64,000 nucleotides of DNA from Macrostomum lignano. Its lineage: Eukaryota. A program made the translations under genes and the position numbers. Below, in pieces: positions 37,804 to 48,167 of the stretch. A model generated the notes under the pieces. The model had not been told where the DNA came from. It was given only the letters and a program-made list of their open reading frames with translations, and did not search any database. Numbering within the stretch: position 1 is the stretch's first letter; every line of letters begins with the position of its first letter. The stretch lies in NCBI GenBank assembly GCA_002269645.1, contig NIVC01001206.1, positions 44,563 to 108,562 of the forward strand. The letters run 5' to 3'.

Positions 37804-40800
37804 ATGGTTCCGCCCTGTAACAACGGCGAAGAGTCTGGAACCGGCGGTGGCGGTACTTCCAGTCAGCTTCATCATCCTGAACCTGCGCGTCAGCCTCCCC
37901 AACTGACCATAGCCTACGGCAGCGAGACCGGTGTGGCCCAAGACGCCGCCCTGACCCTGTACAATTTTGCCCGATCTCACGGTTTAAACTGTCGCTTCGG
38001 CTCGTTAGACGAAGTCGGCATTGTTGCCTTGGAAACGGCGGCTGATTGTTTGCCTAGCAACGATCTTCGCCAGCAGCTGCTTATCGCGGCTTGTTCAACC
38101 ACGGGACAGGGCGATCCGCCAGCCAATATGCGCAAGTTCTGGCGCCTGGCTATGAGCAGGCGGCTGACTCAAGGCTGTCTCCATGGCAACGGGAGCAGCC
38201 AGAGCGGTGAGTGTCTTGTCGATGCTTTATACCGGTGTCTTACCTGTGATTATCCCGGGTTTCTTACTTGTGATTATCCCAGTGTCTTACCTGTGATTAT
38301 CCTGGTGTCTTACTTGTGCTTATCCCAGTGTCTTACCTGTGATTATCCCGGGTTTCTTACTTGTGATTATCCCAGTGTCTTACCTGTGATTATCCTGGTG
38401 TCTTACTTGTGCTTATCCCAGTGTCTTACCTGTGCTCAACCGGAGTGTCTTACCTGTGCTTTATCCCGGGTGTCTTACCTGCGCTTATCCCGGTGTCTTA
38501 CTTGTGATCATCCCAGTGTCTTACCTGTGCTCAACCGGAGTGTCTTACCTGTGCTTTATCCCGGGTGTCTTACCTGCGCTTATCCCGGTGTCTTACCTGT
38601 GATTATCCCAGTGTCTTACCTGTGCTCAACCGGAGTGTCTTACCTGTGCTTTATCCCGGGTGTCTTACCTGCGCTTATCCCGGTGTCTTACCTGTGATTA
38701 TCCCAGTGTCTTACCTGTGCTCAACCGGAGTGTCTTACCTGTGCTTTATCCCGGGTGTCTTACCTGCGCTTATCCCGGTGTCTTACCTGGGATTAGCCCG
38801 GGTGTCTTACCTGTGATTATTCCAACTGTCTTACCTGTGATTACCCGGGTGTCTTACCTGTGCTTATCCCGGTGGCTTACCTGTGATTAGCTCGGGTGTC
38901 TTACCTGTGCTTATCCCGGGTGTCGTACCTGTGATAACCCCGGGTGTCTTACCTGCGCTTAAATTGTGCTTGTTTCGGTTGTCTCACCTGTGCTTTTCGA
39001 TTCTCCTACCTGGTAATCCCGGTGTCTTATCGAATGTATCCCAAAGGCATTCGGTATTCCAAGCTCTGTGAGTTACATTACAGCTATTTTCGCAATCTAA
39101 CAAAGCGTTAACCTTAACTTTATCCTCATTCTCAAAATTCCACAACAGCCAATAATCCCCATGGCAACGGTGACTCAGCCACGGCTCGACTCCGTTTCTG
39201 TCTAATCGGTTTCGGTGACTCCAGTTACCTGCAGTACAATTTCGTAGCCAAGAAACTGCATCGCCGTTTATGCCTGCTGGGCGCCAATTCAGCCTGCCCC
39301 CTGGCTCTGGCCAACGATCAGGACGAACTGGGACCCGACCAGGCCTTCCTGCCCTTCGCTGAGACAGTGTCCGCTCTGCTGACCGACACTTTTAGCGTCC
39401 GTTGCGCCTGCGTTGGCAGCTGTCTTGACGCTCCTCTGCCGCCGCTCTATCGCGTTGAGGCTATTGCAGCTGAGAAATCTACAGATTCTACTCATACTAC
39501 TGCCGCTAATCAAGTAGTAGTAGTAGTAGGTGCAGATGGTCCGAGATTGCCGCCGCCAGAAACTGGTTATCAATTGGCTCGCATTGTTGCTAATAAGCGG
39601 GTTACCGCGGAGGATCATTTTCAGGTGAGGATTTCAACTTTCCCATTCCCATTTATCTCACCTTAGTTGCCATTTATCTCACCTTAGTTGCCATTTATCT
39701 CATCCTAAGATTACATCTATCTCACCCTTGCATTCCATTTATCTCACCTTAGTTGCCATTTATCTCATCCTAAGATTACATCTATCTCACCCTTGTATTC
39801 CATCTATCTCACCTTAGTTGACTTTTATCTCACCCTTAGATTCCATCCATCTTACCCTTGTATTCAATTTTCACCTTAGTTGCCATTTATCTCACCCTTA
39901 GATTTCATCTATCCCACCCTTGTATTCGATTTATCTCACCCTTAGATTCCATTTATCTCATTCTTAGATTCCATTTATCTCATTCTTAGATTCCATCTAT
40001 CTCATTCTTAGATTCCATCTATCTCATTCTTAGATTCCATCTATCTCATTCTTAGATTCCATCTATCGCATTCTTAGATTCCATCTATCTCATTCTTAGA
40101 TTCCATCTATCTCATTCTTAGATTCCATCTATCTCATTCTTAGATTCCATCTATCTTATTCTTAGACTCCATCTATCTCATTCTTAGATTCCATCTATCT
40201 CATTCTTAGATTCCATCTATCTCATTCTTAGATTCCATCTATCTCATTCTTAGATTCCATCTATCTCATTCTTAGATTCCATCTATCTCATTCTTAGATT
40301 CCATCTATCTCATTCTTAGATTCCATCTATCTCATTCTTAGACTCCATCTATCTCATTCTTAGATTCCATCTATCTCATTCTTAGATTCCATCTATCTCA
40401 TTCTTAGATTCCATCTATCTCATTCTTAGATTCCATTTATCATTCTGCCGCCCTCAGCTTTCCCTTATCCCATCATCTTTAACTGTCACCCTCCCACCAG
40501 TCTACCTCACCCTTCGCCCTCCATCTCAACCCTCTCGCCGCAGGACACCAGACTCATCACGCTGAGTCCGGCGCCGACAAGCGCTGAATCGCCGTCGCCC
40601 ACCCTCTGGTCCCCGTTCCAACCCGGGGACGTTCTCCAAGTCTTGCCCAGCAACAGCCAATCCGCTGTCTCCAGCCTGCTCAGCACCTTGTCGCACCTGG
40701 ACCCGGAGACTCGCCTGCGGGTGTCGCAGTCCGATCCGAACTTCCCGCCGCCGCCCGACCTGCCGCCGGCTGGCCCGACACTGCGCTGGCTGCTAACTAA

Positions 40801-41779
40801 CTATTTCGACATCAGCTGCGTGCCTCGCCGTAGCTTCTTCGAAACTCTTCGCCGAATCGCTATGTGCATCGGCGATGAGGTCGCGACTACAACTGAGGAA
40901 GACTCGAGCCGGCTCGACATGGAAATTGAACGCCTAGGCGAGTTTGTACGAGATGTAGACGAGCTGGCCGCCTATTGCAACCGGCCTCGCCGTACTGTAG
41001 CCGAAACTCTGCGCGACTTCCCCGTGTCGGCTTCTCGCATTCGATTGAGTCGATTATTCGACCTGTTGAGACCGATTCAACCGCGAAGCTTCTCAATTGC
41101 CAGTCTGGGCCAGTCGGGCTGCTCAAGTCTCGACCTGCTTGTTGCTGTGGTTCGCTACAAATCCAAGCTCATGTCCGAACCGAGGCTGGGCCTGTGCTCA
41201 AACTATCTGGCCAGCGCTGGGCCTGGCAGTGTCGTCACTGTCCGGTTGCAGCGCGGCACTCTACGGGTGCCGCCAGTCGATGTGCCGCTGGTTCTGGTCG
41301 GTCCCGGCACGGGGATCGCGCCGTTTCGAGGTCTGGTCCAGCAGCGACACGGGGTCGTCAACGGGCAGGGCGATGAGGCACCGGCTGCTGGCTCGGCCCA
41401 GACTCTCGTGTTCTTCGGCTGCCGGCATCCGGAGAAAGATTTCTACTTCCAGTCCGACTGGCTGGAGTGGTCTCGTCTGTGGCCGGACAAGTTCCAATTG
41501 GCTACGGCGTTTTCTCGGCCAACTTCGGACAGCGGCCAGCAGACAAAATGCTACGTGCAAGATCGAATTCGCGAGCTGGGTGCCGACGTTGCTAAGCTAC
41601 TGTTGCTAGGCGGCGGCGCGGTTATTGTTGCCGGCAGCTCCGGCGCCATGCCGCGCGAGGTTCTATCAGCTGTGCAGGCTGCTCTGACTGTGCACGGCGG
41701 TTTTGATGAAGCTGAGGCAGCTGGGATGCTTGCAGAGTGGCAAAGGACTGGCCGGTACCAGATGGAGACTTGGTCTTGA
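37804..41779 (+). CDS. NDOR1: NADPH-dependent diflavin oxidoreductase 1 (NDOR1/Tah18), 3 exons
   Basis: Exons 37804-38206, 39149 (or 39179)-39624, 40544-41779. Flavodoxin motifs YGSETGVAQD, STTGQGDPPANM, GFGDSSY.QYNFVAKKLHRRL; FAD/NADPH motifs PRSFSIAS, GLCSNYL, VGPGTGIAPFR, FFGCRH, YVQD; C-terminal ETWS. Confidence 0.93.
38232..38960. repeat. ~23-bp minisatellite (GTGTCTTACCTGTGATTATCCC), NDOR1 intron 1
   Basis: Direct tandem repetition with higher-order blocks. Confidence 0.9.
39645..40440. repeat. 22-bp minisatellite (TTAGATTCCATCTATCTCATTC), NDOR1 intron 2
   Basis: Direct. Confidence 0.9.
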
Positions 41780-41867
41780 GATGCTCTAATTCTTTGATTG
41801 ATTTGCGTAAATCATAAGCGCCACCGCTGACTTCTCTAGTTATAGACCACTTTTAATATGGCTTTTA

Positions 41868-42435
41868 CTTGGCTCTTTGATGTGCCGCCTCCCGTCACCC
41901 AGCCCTATTAATTCAAAATTCATCGGCTCTTTGATGTGCCGCCTCCCCGTCACCCAGTCCTATTAAATCAGCTCGGTTCTTTGATGTGCCGCTCCCTTAC
42001 CCAGCCCTATTAATTCAGAATTCACCCAGCCCTCTTTGATATGCCGCCTCCCCGTCACCCAGCCCTATTAATTCAAAATTCATCGGCTCTTTGATGTGCC
42101 GCCTCCCCGTCACCTAGCCCTATTAATTGAGAATTCATCGGCTCTTTGATGTGCCGCCTCTCCGTCACTCAGTCCTATTAATTCAGAACTCATCGGCTCT
42201 TTGATGTGCCGCTTTCCCGTCACCCAGCCCTATTAATTCAGAATTCATCGGCTCTTTGATGTGCCGCTTTCCCGTCACCCAGCCCTATTAATTCAGAATT
42301 CATCGGCTCTTTGATGTGCCGCTTTCCCGTCACCCAGCCCTATTAATTCAGAATTCATCGGCTCTTTGATGTGCCGCTTTCCCGTCACCCAGCCCTATTA
42401 ATTCAGAATTCATCGGCTCTTTGATGTGCCGCCCG
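41868..42435. repeat. ~55-bp minisatellite (GGCTCTTTGATGTGCCGCTTTCCCGTCACCCAGCCCTATTAATTCAGAATTCATC)
   Basis: The period of 55 was checked in the homogeneous part. Confidence 0.9.
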
Positions 42436-43567
42436 CCTCTCTGTATGTCTAATAGATTTTAGAAAACGGTGCTTCGAAAGTTTCTTTCATCAAGCTGTCT
42501 AGAATGCTGCTCAAGAAAACTAGCATTGATTGTATTTTTCTTATCTGCCTCAATTGATTACTCAGCATTCAGTTCCGACTTATCTAATGACTTATTGGCT
42601 CTGGTCTCTCTGATTTGACCTCAGTTATATCCAGGTACTGAGTTCCGTACATGTAACCCCTCGCTGATTATAGTAGTGTAAAATAATTTTATCTATATCT
42701 GCTCATCTGCATTAAGTTTAGCTAGTAGCCATGATCAGACACTCAGGCACTATTGTCGATTCTTGTAAAAAATTAGTTTGCTTAGAATTTGGATTTTTGA
42801 TTAACTGATTGCATTAGTAAACTAATTTGCGCCGCTAGAAAACTCTGCAATGTTCTGCATGTGTTTTAATTAAACCGTTATTCAACTAAATAAATACATG
42901 TATACTGTGTAAGTGTATAATTGGTGTTACAAACTTTTTGACACTTACTATATAATATACGAGCAATATGTGATGTCGTTGGCTCAAGCTCTCTCTCCCT
43001 CTTCCACCTCGCGCCGGCCTGGCCCACGCTCTGCCCTGCGGCGGCTCGTGATTGGCTGGCCGGCGGGGTGGGGGTTTCGCGGCCGCCCGTCTCTCTGTCC
43101 CTGCCCCCTCATTTCTATCTCTTGCTCCCGTGACGATCGTGTGAAACTCAGTGACTCATCATTCCACAGCTGCACCCCCCCGAGTGTACATTTACCCCAT
43201 GTACAAACTTCATCACGTGACTGCTTTCTCACATTTTATTATCTATCCAGCCCCTTCTTATCTTTGATTTAGCAAAGTTTTAGTCCTCTTTCTCTTTGAG
43301 AGCGCTGCGCAGGCCCACATCTGTTTATTAAAAAATGACTTAAAAATTGTTGTCAACAAACGTAGGTGTTAATTAATAGCGTTTTTATTTACATGTAATT
43401 AAAAAAATCATGGCAAAAGCCAGCGAGGAGGGAAACTGATACGCACGCATGCACACGAGCTCATACTGGGTGTACATTGCCATTTGACACACCGTAGGCC
43501 TCAGAGGGACTTGGCCATTGAAAGTACATTCTTATCTATAAAAATGGTCTCAGACAAATCTTCGGCA

Positions 43568-45205
43568 TTACATAGGATTAAAGCCTCCATCTCCTTCATC
43601 AACATAGTCCAGCTGCACAGCAGTGGTTGTCAAGTGGAAGACATCAATTTCGGATGCATCTCCGCTGCAGACCAACAACTCGAAGCCAGCAGCTGACTGT
43701 TCGAGTCCAGCATTGTCGCAGGCTGATGTTAGCTGTAGAATCTCCATGCCAGCTGGTGCTCGGTGGTTTAGCTCAGCTGCACTGATCAGCAGTTCGAATC
43801 CCGTGCTGCTAACACCTGATTCTTGTTCGTCCTGGTTATTGAGCAGCCTAGAATATGGCAAACAGAAGATACCAGAGGATGGTGTGGCAATGTACACCTG
43901 ATCACCTGCGGGGCTGACTGCGGCAGCTGTGAAAGACGATGGCCAAGATGGTGTTGCTGCTTCTGCTGCGGCTGTGTGCAGTTCTGGTGTCAGCTCGCGA
44001 ATTGGTACCAGTTTGTTGCTACCGGCGAATATCCGGATCGGTCCTAATCGATCGGTAAGCAAAAGCGCTGGAAGTGACTGAAATGTTGATGTAAAAGAAG
44101 AGGGCGGTAATCATCAAAGGAATCGGGGCGGCTATTATCAAAGTGATCTTTGTTCCAATCATACATGAATCGGAAGATGGCAATCGTAAAAAGATATTGT
44201 GGCGGCAATCATCAAAGGAATCGGGAATGCAATCATTAAAGGAATCGCGGGCAGAAATCATCAAAGGAATCGGGGGCGGAAATCATCAAAGGAATCGGGG
44301 GCGGAAATCATCAAAGGAATCGGGGGCGGAAATCATCAAGGGTATCAGGGCGGAAATTATTAAAGCGATTTTTGTGCCAATTGTAACTAAATCGAGGGTG
44401 GCAATCATCAAAGGAATCTTGGCGGCAATCATCAAAGGGATTTTGGCGACAATCATCAAAGGGATCTTGGCGGCAATCATCAAAGGGATCGGGAAGCGAA
44501 TTCATCAAAGGAATTGGGGTAATTGGGGGCGGCAATTATCAAAGGAATCGGGCGGCAATCATCAAAGGAATAGGGGAGCGGCAATCATCAACGGAATAGG
44601 GGAGCGGCAATCATCAACGGAATCAGGATGGTAATCATTAAAGGAATCCTTGACGGCAAGCATCAAATGAATCATGAAGCGGCAATTATCAAAGGAATCG
44701 GGGAGCGGCAATTATCAAAGGAATCGTGAAGCGACAATTATCAAAGGAATCGGGGAGCGGCAATTATCAAAGGAATCGGGGAGCGGCAATTATTAAAGGA
44801 ATCGTGAAGCGGCAATTATCAAAGGAATCGTGAAGCGGCAATTATCAAAGGAATCGGGGAGCGGCAATCATCTAAGGAATCGCGGAGCGGAAATCATCGA
44901 ATTAATTATAGAAAATCCGATGATATTTTCTACGAAAGCAAAGCGGTACTGCTGACTCAGTGCTTACCTGACCAGTCGCACCGCTCACCCAGCACATAGA
45001 GTGCAACCCACGGCCGAAAGGACCCAGCGTTTGCAGAGGTGCAAACTTTTCCAACCCATATACAAAGACGCAGCCAAGACGCGACTCCAGCACCAGCAGA
45101 CGATCGCCATTCAAGTCCAGGCAGACATCCGTGGCGTCTCGAAACCCGTCAAACCCGGCAGACACCTGTCAGGTCGCACTGCAGCACGGACTTCCCGTTG
45201 CTAAG
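43568..45205 (-). pseudogene. 3' part of the TRIM-NHL-like gene (beta-propeller/NHL-like repeats), downstream of the LTR insertion
   Basis: Exon remnant 44968-45205 (SNGKSVLQCDLTG.. then FDGFRDATDVCLDLNGDRLLVLESRLGCVFVY, frameshift at ~45155, donor GTAAGC) and last exon 43568-44077 (AAAVSPAGDQVYIAT.., stop TAA). Confidence 0.7.
44105..44895. repeat. ~25-bp minisatellite (ATCATCAAAGGAATCGGGGGCGGAA), intronic
   Basis: Direct tandem repetition with variants. Confidence 0.9.
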
Positions 45206-45912
45206 TGTTGTGTCTCGGCCTAATGGCCGCTGGACGGGTCAAGGTTCGGGCCCTCCCCGCCTGAGACACCCCGGTCCCAGCCCTCACCCCGGCTATTCCT
45301 ACCCTGTCTCGCTCGGTTCGGCGAGAGTTCGCCTGACCGAACACCCTGGGATCGGCGAGAGTTCACCGTTCCCAGGTCCCTGCAGATCCCGGCCCCACGC
45401 GGCAACCCAGAAGAACGAAAGCTCGAGCTCACCTCCTCTTGATATATCGAGTTACTAACGAAGCGTTTATTGGCCCGAAGCAGTATTGGCACGCGAAGGC
45501 AGAGGTACGCCGTTGAACGCAAAAACAGTAAGAACGAAGCGGACACCAATAGAGAGCAACGTGGAGCGCAGCCCGCTCAGGGCTAGCATTTAAATAATAC
45601 ACAAAAAAAGGGGAAAGGGGTGGGGCAGACTGGAGAGGGCGAGCCAAACCCTGGGGCCCAGCCGGCTTATCAACCAGCCAGCCAATACGAGCAGCCCCAG
45701 GGTGAGGCGGGCAACGAGGGAGGGGGGTAGGGTCGGCACCCAGATTGGACAGAGATTGGGCCGGGGGCTGGGTGCAAAGGGCTAGGCCAGGGTTGAGACT
45801 TACGCCTCTCACAAACCCTGGCCCGGGCGCGAGACGGGGGACGGGGCGGGGTGGCATGAAAACTGAAAACAAAAGTACGAGTACATACACACTGGAAGGG
45901 CGCAGCCCAACA
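45206..45912 (-). repeat. 3' LTR (707 bp)
   Basis: TG...CA termini; ~99% identical to 53155-53856; AATAAA at 45466-45471 (minus) and a TATTTAAA box near 45590. Confidence 0.95.
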
Positions 45913-45924
45913 TCCTCCCCCTCC
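45913..45924 (-). other. Polypurine tract GGAGGGGGAGGA
   Basis: Purine run directly abutting the 3' LTR on the element strand. Confidence 0.9.
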
Positions 45925-46152
45925 AAGAAAAAGAAGAGGAGAAAGGGGATGTCAAGCAAAAAGCAACGCATGAACAAGCAAGTCTGAAAAAAAGTTTATT
46001 CAAGAAACGACGGCCGAAAAATAACAGAAAAACTTTGACGCGACGCGTGGATATCGCCGGCATTACAAAAAACAAAAACGAAAAAATGAAAACGGGACAC
46101 AAACTATTGCGTACGCAAAAATTGAAAACGGGCTTAAGAACGCAATTCTACT

Positions 46153-47829
46153 CTACAATCGGCCAAAAAATCTACTACAGTTGGTCGCAAACAGTCGAGT
46201 CCAGTACCTGCGATCACATTCACTGTCCGCTAGGGCTTCCGGCACGAACTTGATTGCTGTCGGGTCCTTGGGGTCTCCACCAAACGGTGCGGCCGATGTC
46301 ACTAGCAGGCGCTGCCGCGGGAGACGCTTAGCCCGTTGGACCGCTCGCGGGGATCCTCGGCACCGAGCGGACACCTCGAAGAAGACCCCGTGGCACTTGC
46401 TCACCAGCGCGGCCTCGACGGCCTCCGGCAAGTCCAGGTCCTCGGCCAGCATGACGCTCATCGCTTGAAACTCCGGCTGCCGGAGGAATCCTAGGGCGAC
46501 CGCCCAGGCAGGTTCGCCGCCTTCAACTCGGAACAAAACCGGCAGGCCGAACTCCTTGGCAAGCAAGAACTGCTCCATCGCCGCCGTTAACTGGTCCTGG
46601 CGCTGCGACCTCTCAGCGTCCCAATTGAGCTCGACTTCGCCGACCGCCACGACACGCGGCCAGCTACCCGCTAGAAATCGTCGTACATCGTCTCGCAGCG
46701 ATGGCCACCACGGTGCAGCACTGGCCTTCAGGCCCAGGGCGAACACGATCCGTCGGTCTTGCAGCAGTGGTCGGACAACGGGACATTCTAGACGCAGGCA
46801 GTACGGCGAGTTTACAGCCGCTAGACATCGACGCACGCCACGAAGGTCCTCGGGCTGAATCGACCGGCCCAGCCTCGTTAGGTATGCCTTTGCATCGACG
46901 AGACGCTTAGCCGAGCTGACCTTGCGCTGATTCGGGTCGTCACGGGGGGAGACCTCCTGGACCGTGTCGGCCGGTCGTACTTGCTCGGGGTCGACACCCG
47001 TTAACTCTTCGGTCGCCAAGTCGCGCTGGGCCGTCAGCGGAGTCTGCGAAAGGTGCGGCCCGTCACTCCCCTCCTCCGGGCGCCGCGCGAGGCCAGGATC
47101 CACTAAGAGAGACAGACCCCGGAGCCTCCCCAACAAGGGACCCCCCAACTCACACAGCTCAAAACCCCGCACAGCCAACAACACGCACTCAAACGCCGCC
47201 TGCAGCACCGAAGGCGGGACCCTCCGACACCTCCCGGAACCACCACCAGAACCTCTCTTCCGCCCATACTGATTGCACAGAAACGACACAGACACTGCTA
47301 AGAATCTAGACAACTGCTCAGGCACACTCACACCAGCCCCATCAAGAAACCTCGCCACCTCCTGAACCACCAGGCAAGCTCCTTCACTATCCCCAGCCCT
47401 CAACCGCGCCAGCAGCGCACCCCTCAGCCGCCTACACTCAGCTAGCGCAGCCGGAGCCAATAACTCGGCTGGGATCTCCGCGTGAACTGGAGCTTCCCCT
47501 GCGGCGCTTCCCTTAAGACTAGCCAAAGCTAACCTGACCTGCTCGGGCAACTCAACGTCAGGGGGAGGATTGAAAAAGTAGGCGTACTTTAACACCCCTT
47601 GACACGCTGCCTCTCCAACCCGATCGTATACTTCCCGAAACACTGGGTCAGATAAAACGCACATCGCCATCACGTCTCGCTGAGACTCCGGAGACTCTAC
47701 CTCGGCAGGACAGACGCGGGGCCGCTTTGAGTACAGACGACTACACGCTGCCTCAATCTCCGCAGAGTTAGCAGTCCGACCCACGCCTAACACGCCATAC
47801 AAATCAGTCGGTGTCGTTGGCGACGACAT
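46153..47829 (-). CDS. Retrotransposon accessory ORF3: J-domain-like (no HPD) + helical region + TatD-like domain with degenerate metal site (~558 aa)
   Basis: Uninterrupted ORF from ATG 47829. DLYGVLGV.RTA..EI..A..L...VLSDP..R..YDR.G matches the DnaJ pattern. LVDAKAYL / GLKA / VVAVGEVELN / LPVLFR / RLLVTSAAP / NCSRFF align to TatD LIDSHCHL / G.HP / VAIGEIGLD / LP...H / RLL.ETDAP / NA..LF. Confidence 0.8.
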   Translation of the reverse strand: MSSPTTPTDLYGVLGVGRTANSAEIEAACSRLYSKRPRVCPAEVESPESQRDVMAMCVLSDPVFREVYDRVGEAACQGVLKYAYFFNPPPDVELPEQVRLALASLKGSAAGEAPVHAEIPAELLAPAALAECRRLRGALLARLRAGDSEGACLVVQEVARFLDGAGVSVPEQLSRFLAVSVSFLCNQYGRKRGSGGGSGRCRRVPPSVLQAAFECVLLAVRGFELCELGGPLLGRLRGLSLLVDPGLARRPEEGSDGPHLSQTPLTAQRDLATEELTGVDPEQVRPADTVQEVSPRDDPNQRKVSSAKRLVDAKAYLTRLGRSIQPEDLRGVRRCLAAVNSPYCLRLECPVVRPLLQDRRIVFALGLKASAAPWWPSLRDDVRRFLAGSWPRVVAVGEVELNWDAERSQRQDQLTAAMEQFLLAKEFGLPVLFRVEGGEPAWAVALGFLRQPEFQAMSVMLAEDLDLPEAVEAALVSKCHGVFFEVSARCRGSPRAVQRAKRLPRQRLLVTSAAPFGGDPKDPTAIKFVPEALADSECDRRYWTRLFATNCSRFFGRL

Positions 47830-48167
47830 GGTCCTCCTGCAATGATGACATTTAAACCCAATCACTACCTATGCCTTGCGGACTAGCAACTGTGACCCTG
47901 GCCTGACCCATCCCATGACATGTTTACTTTACAATACGATTGAGAACGCTTCTTGCCTAGCATATTTTGTAATTTTAATACATTTAATGTTTTTTATGTG
48001 CTTTCATGCGTTCCATTTTATGAATTTTTTTGTGCTTTGGGGTTGTATCATTTTTTTTCATTTTAGGTTATTTTAGGCTTTCTACCATAGACAACAGCGT
48101 GGAGGCATTAATACAAGTGCATATTAAAAATCAATTTTGGACGACCGCCTTGTGAGCCCACTGCGAA

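Noticed and set aside
45220-46102. ORFs within the LTRs (also 53078-53904)
   Set aside because: Duplicated LTR sequence with high GC; the small LTR indels change their frames between copies; no domains.
46153-47865. ORF3 as a retroviral envelope gene
   Set aside because: No signal peptide, furin site, fusion peptide or transmembrane helix; the motifs fit DnaJ and TatD instead.
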